From: a virus
Virus record (IMG/VR): IMGVR_UViG_3300020733_000010
Location: 1-64,000 of that record
DNA length: 64,000 bases
Direction: 5' to 3' (one strand)
Both the position numbers and the translations under genes were made by a program. Below the pieces are notes generated by a model. The model was given only the letters and a program-made list of their open reading frames with translations. It had not been told where the DNA came from and ran no database searches. Within the stretch, counting starts at the first letter, position 1; every line of letters begins with the position of its first letter. Positions 63,774-64,000 of this stretch are shown piece after piece.

Positions 63774-64000
63774 TCAATAATTCTGGTCTGATAAGAATAG
63801 TGAAACAGGTGAATCACTGATTTGCAATGGATCTCCGTAGCTTGCGCTGAAGACATTAGTGTTCCAAACTTGGTTATAATAAACATCTGGTACTTTCTTA
63901 GTAATGTTAATTCCATAAACAATTTCATATTGTGCATGGTCCACTACCGGAGTTCCTTGAACACCCCTGATTAATCCAGAAATTGTATTATTTACTAAAT
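63774..64000 (-). CDS. 3' end of a large structural gene (partial)
   Basis: Open frame LVNNTISGLIRGVQGTPVVDH...SLFLSDQNY* running off the window. Confidence 0.7.
   Translation of the reverse strand, partial: LVNNTISGLIRGVQGTPVVDHAQYEIVYGINITKKVPDVYYNQVWNTNVFSASYGDPLQISDSPVSLFLSDQNY

Noticed and set aside
1-64000. Genome-wide TAG reassignment (code 15)
   Set aside because: Long core genes are uninterrupted in code 11, only one in-frame TAG was found, and two genes end in TAG at sensible positions (3095; 39995 at a convergent junction).

Overview
This is a 64-kb, AT-rich, densely coded segment of a large T4-like (myovirus-type) lytic phage genome, with most genes on the minus strand. It holds recombination/replication genes (uvsW, uvsX, uvsY, gp32-type SSB, probable clamp-loader small subunit, Toprim protein, thyA), the large terminase, structural and tail genes (including a plus-strand tail-fibre island at 33.9-40.0 kb), spanin-like lysis genes, free-standing GIY-YIG/HNH endonucleases, and a radical-SAM/glycosyltransferase cluster. 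A betaproteobacterial-type porin and AhpC/AhpD point, by inference, to a Gram-negative and probably freshwater betaproteobacterial host. The ORF track misses several notable features. (1) An amber-suppressor tRNA (anticodon CUA, 45498-45574) lies about 560 nt upstream of a gene with a strong RBS whose 5th codon is an in-frame TAG (44365-44937), in a genome that otherwise reads in code 11. (2) A circularly permuted two-piece tmRNA (about 48996-49254) encodes the tag AANDAVWALAA. (3) A PlcP-like phospholipase C, RimK and Agt-like glycosyltransferase form an operon resembling phosphorus-sparing lipid remodelling. (4) A covarying structured RNA leader is shared by the two GIY-YIG genes. (5) Promoter-to-ATG spacing suggests many leaderless mRNAs. 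(6) Small proteins ending in W-F-x-L-R-W form a large paralogous family. All protein calls come from motif recognition by eye; no database searches were run.
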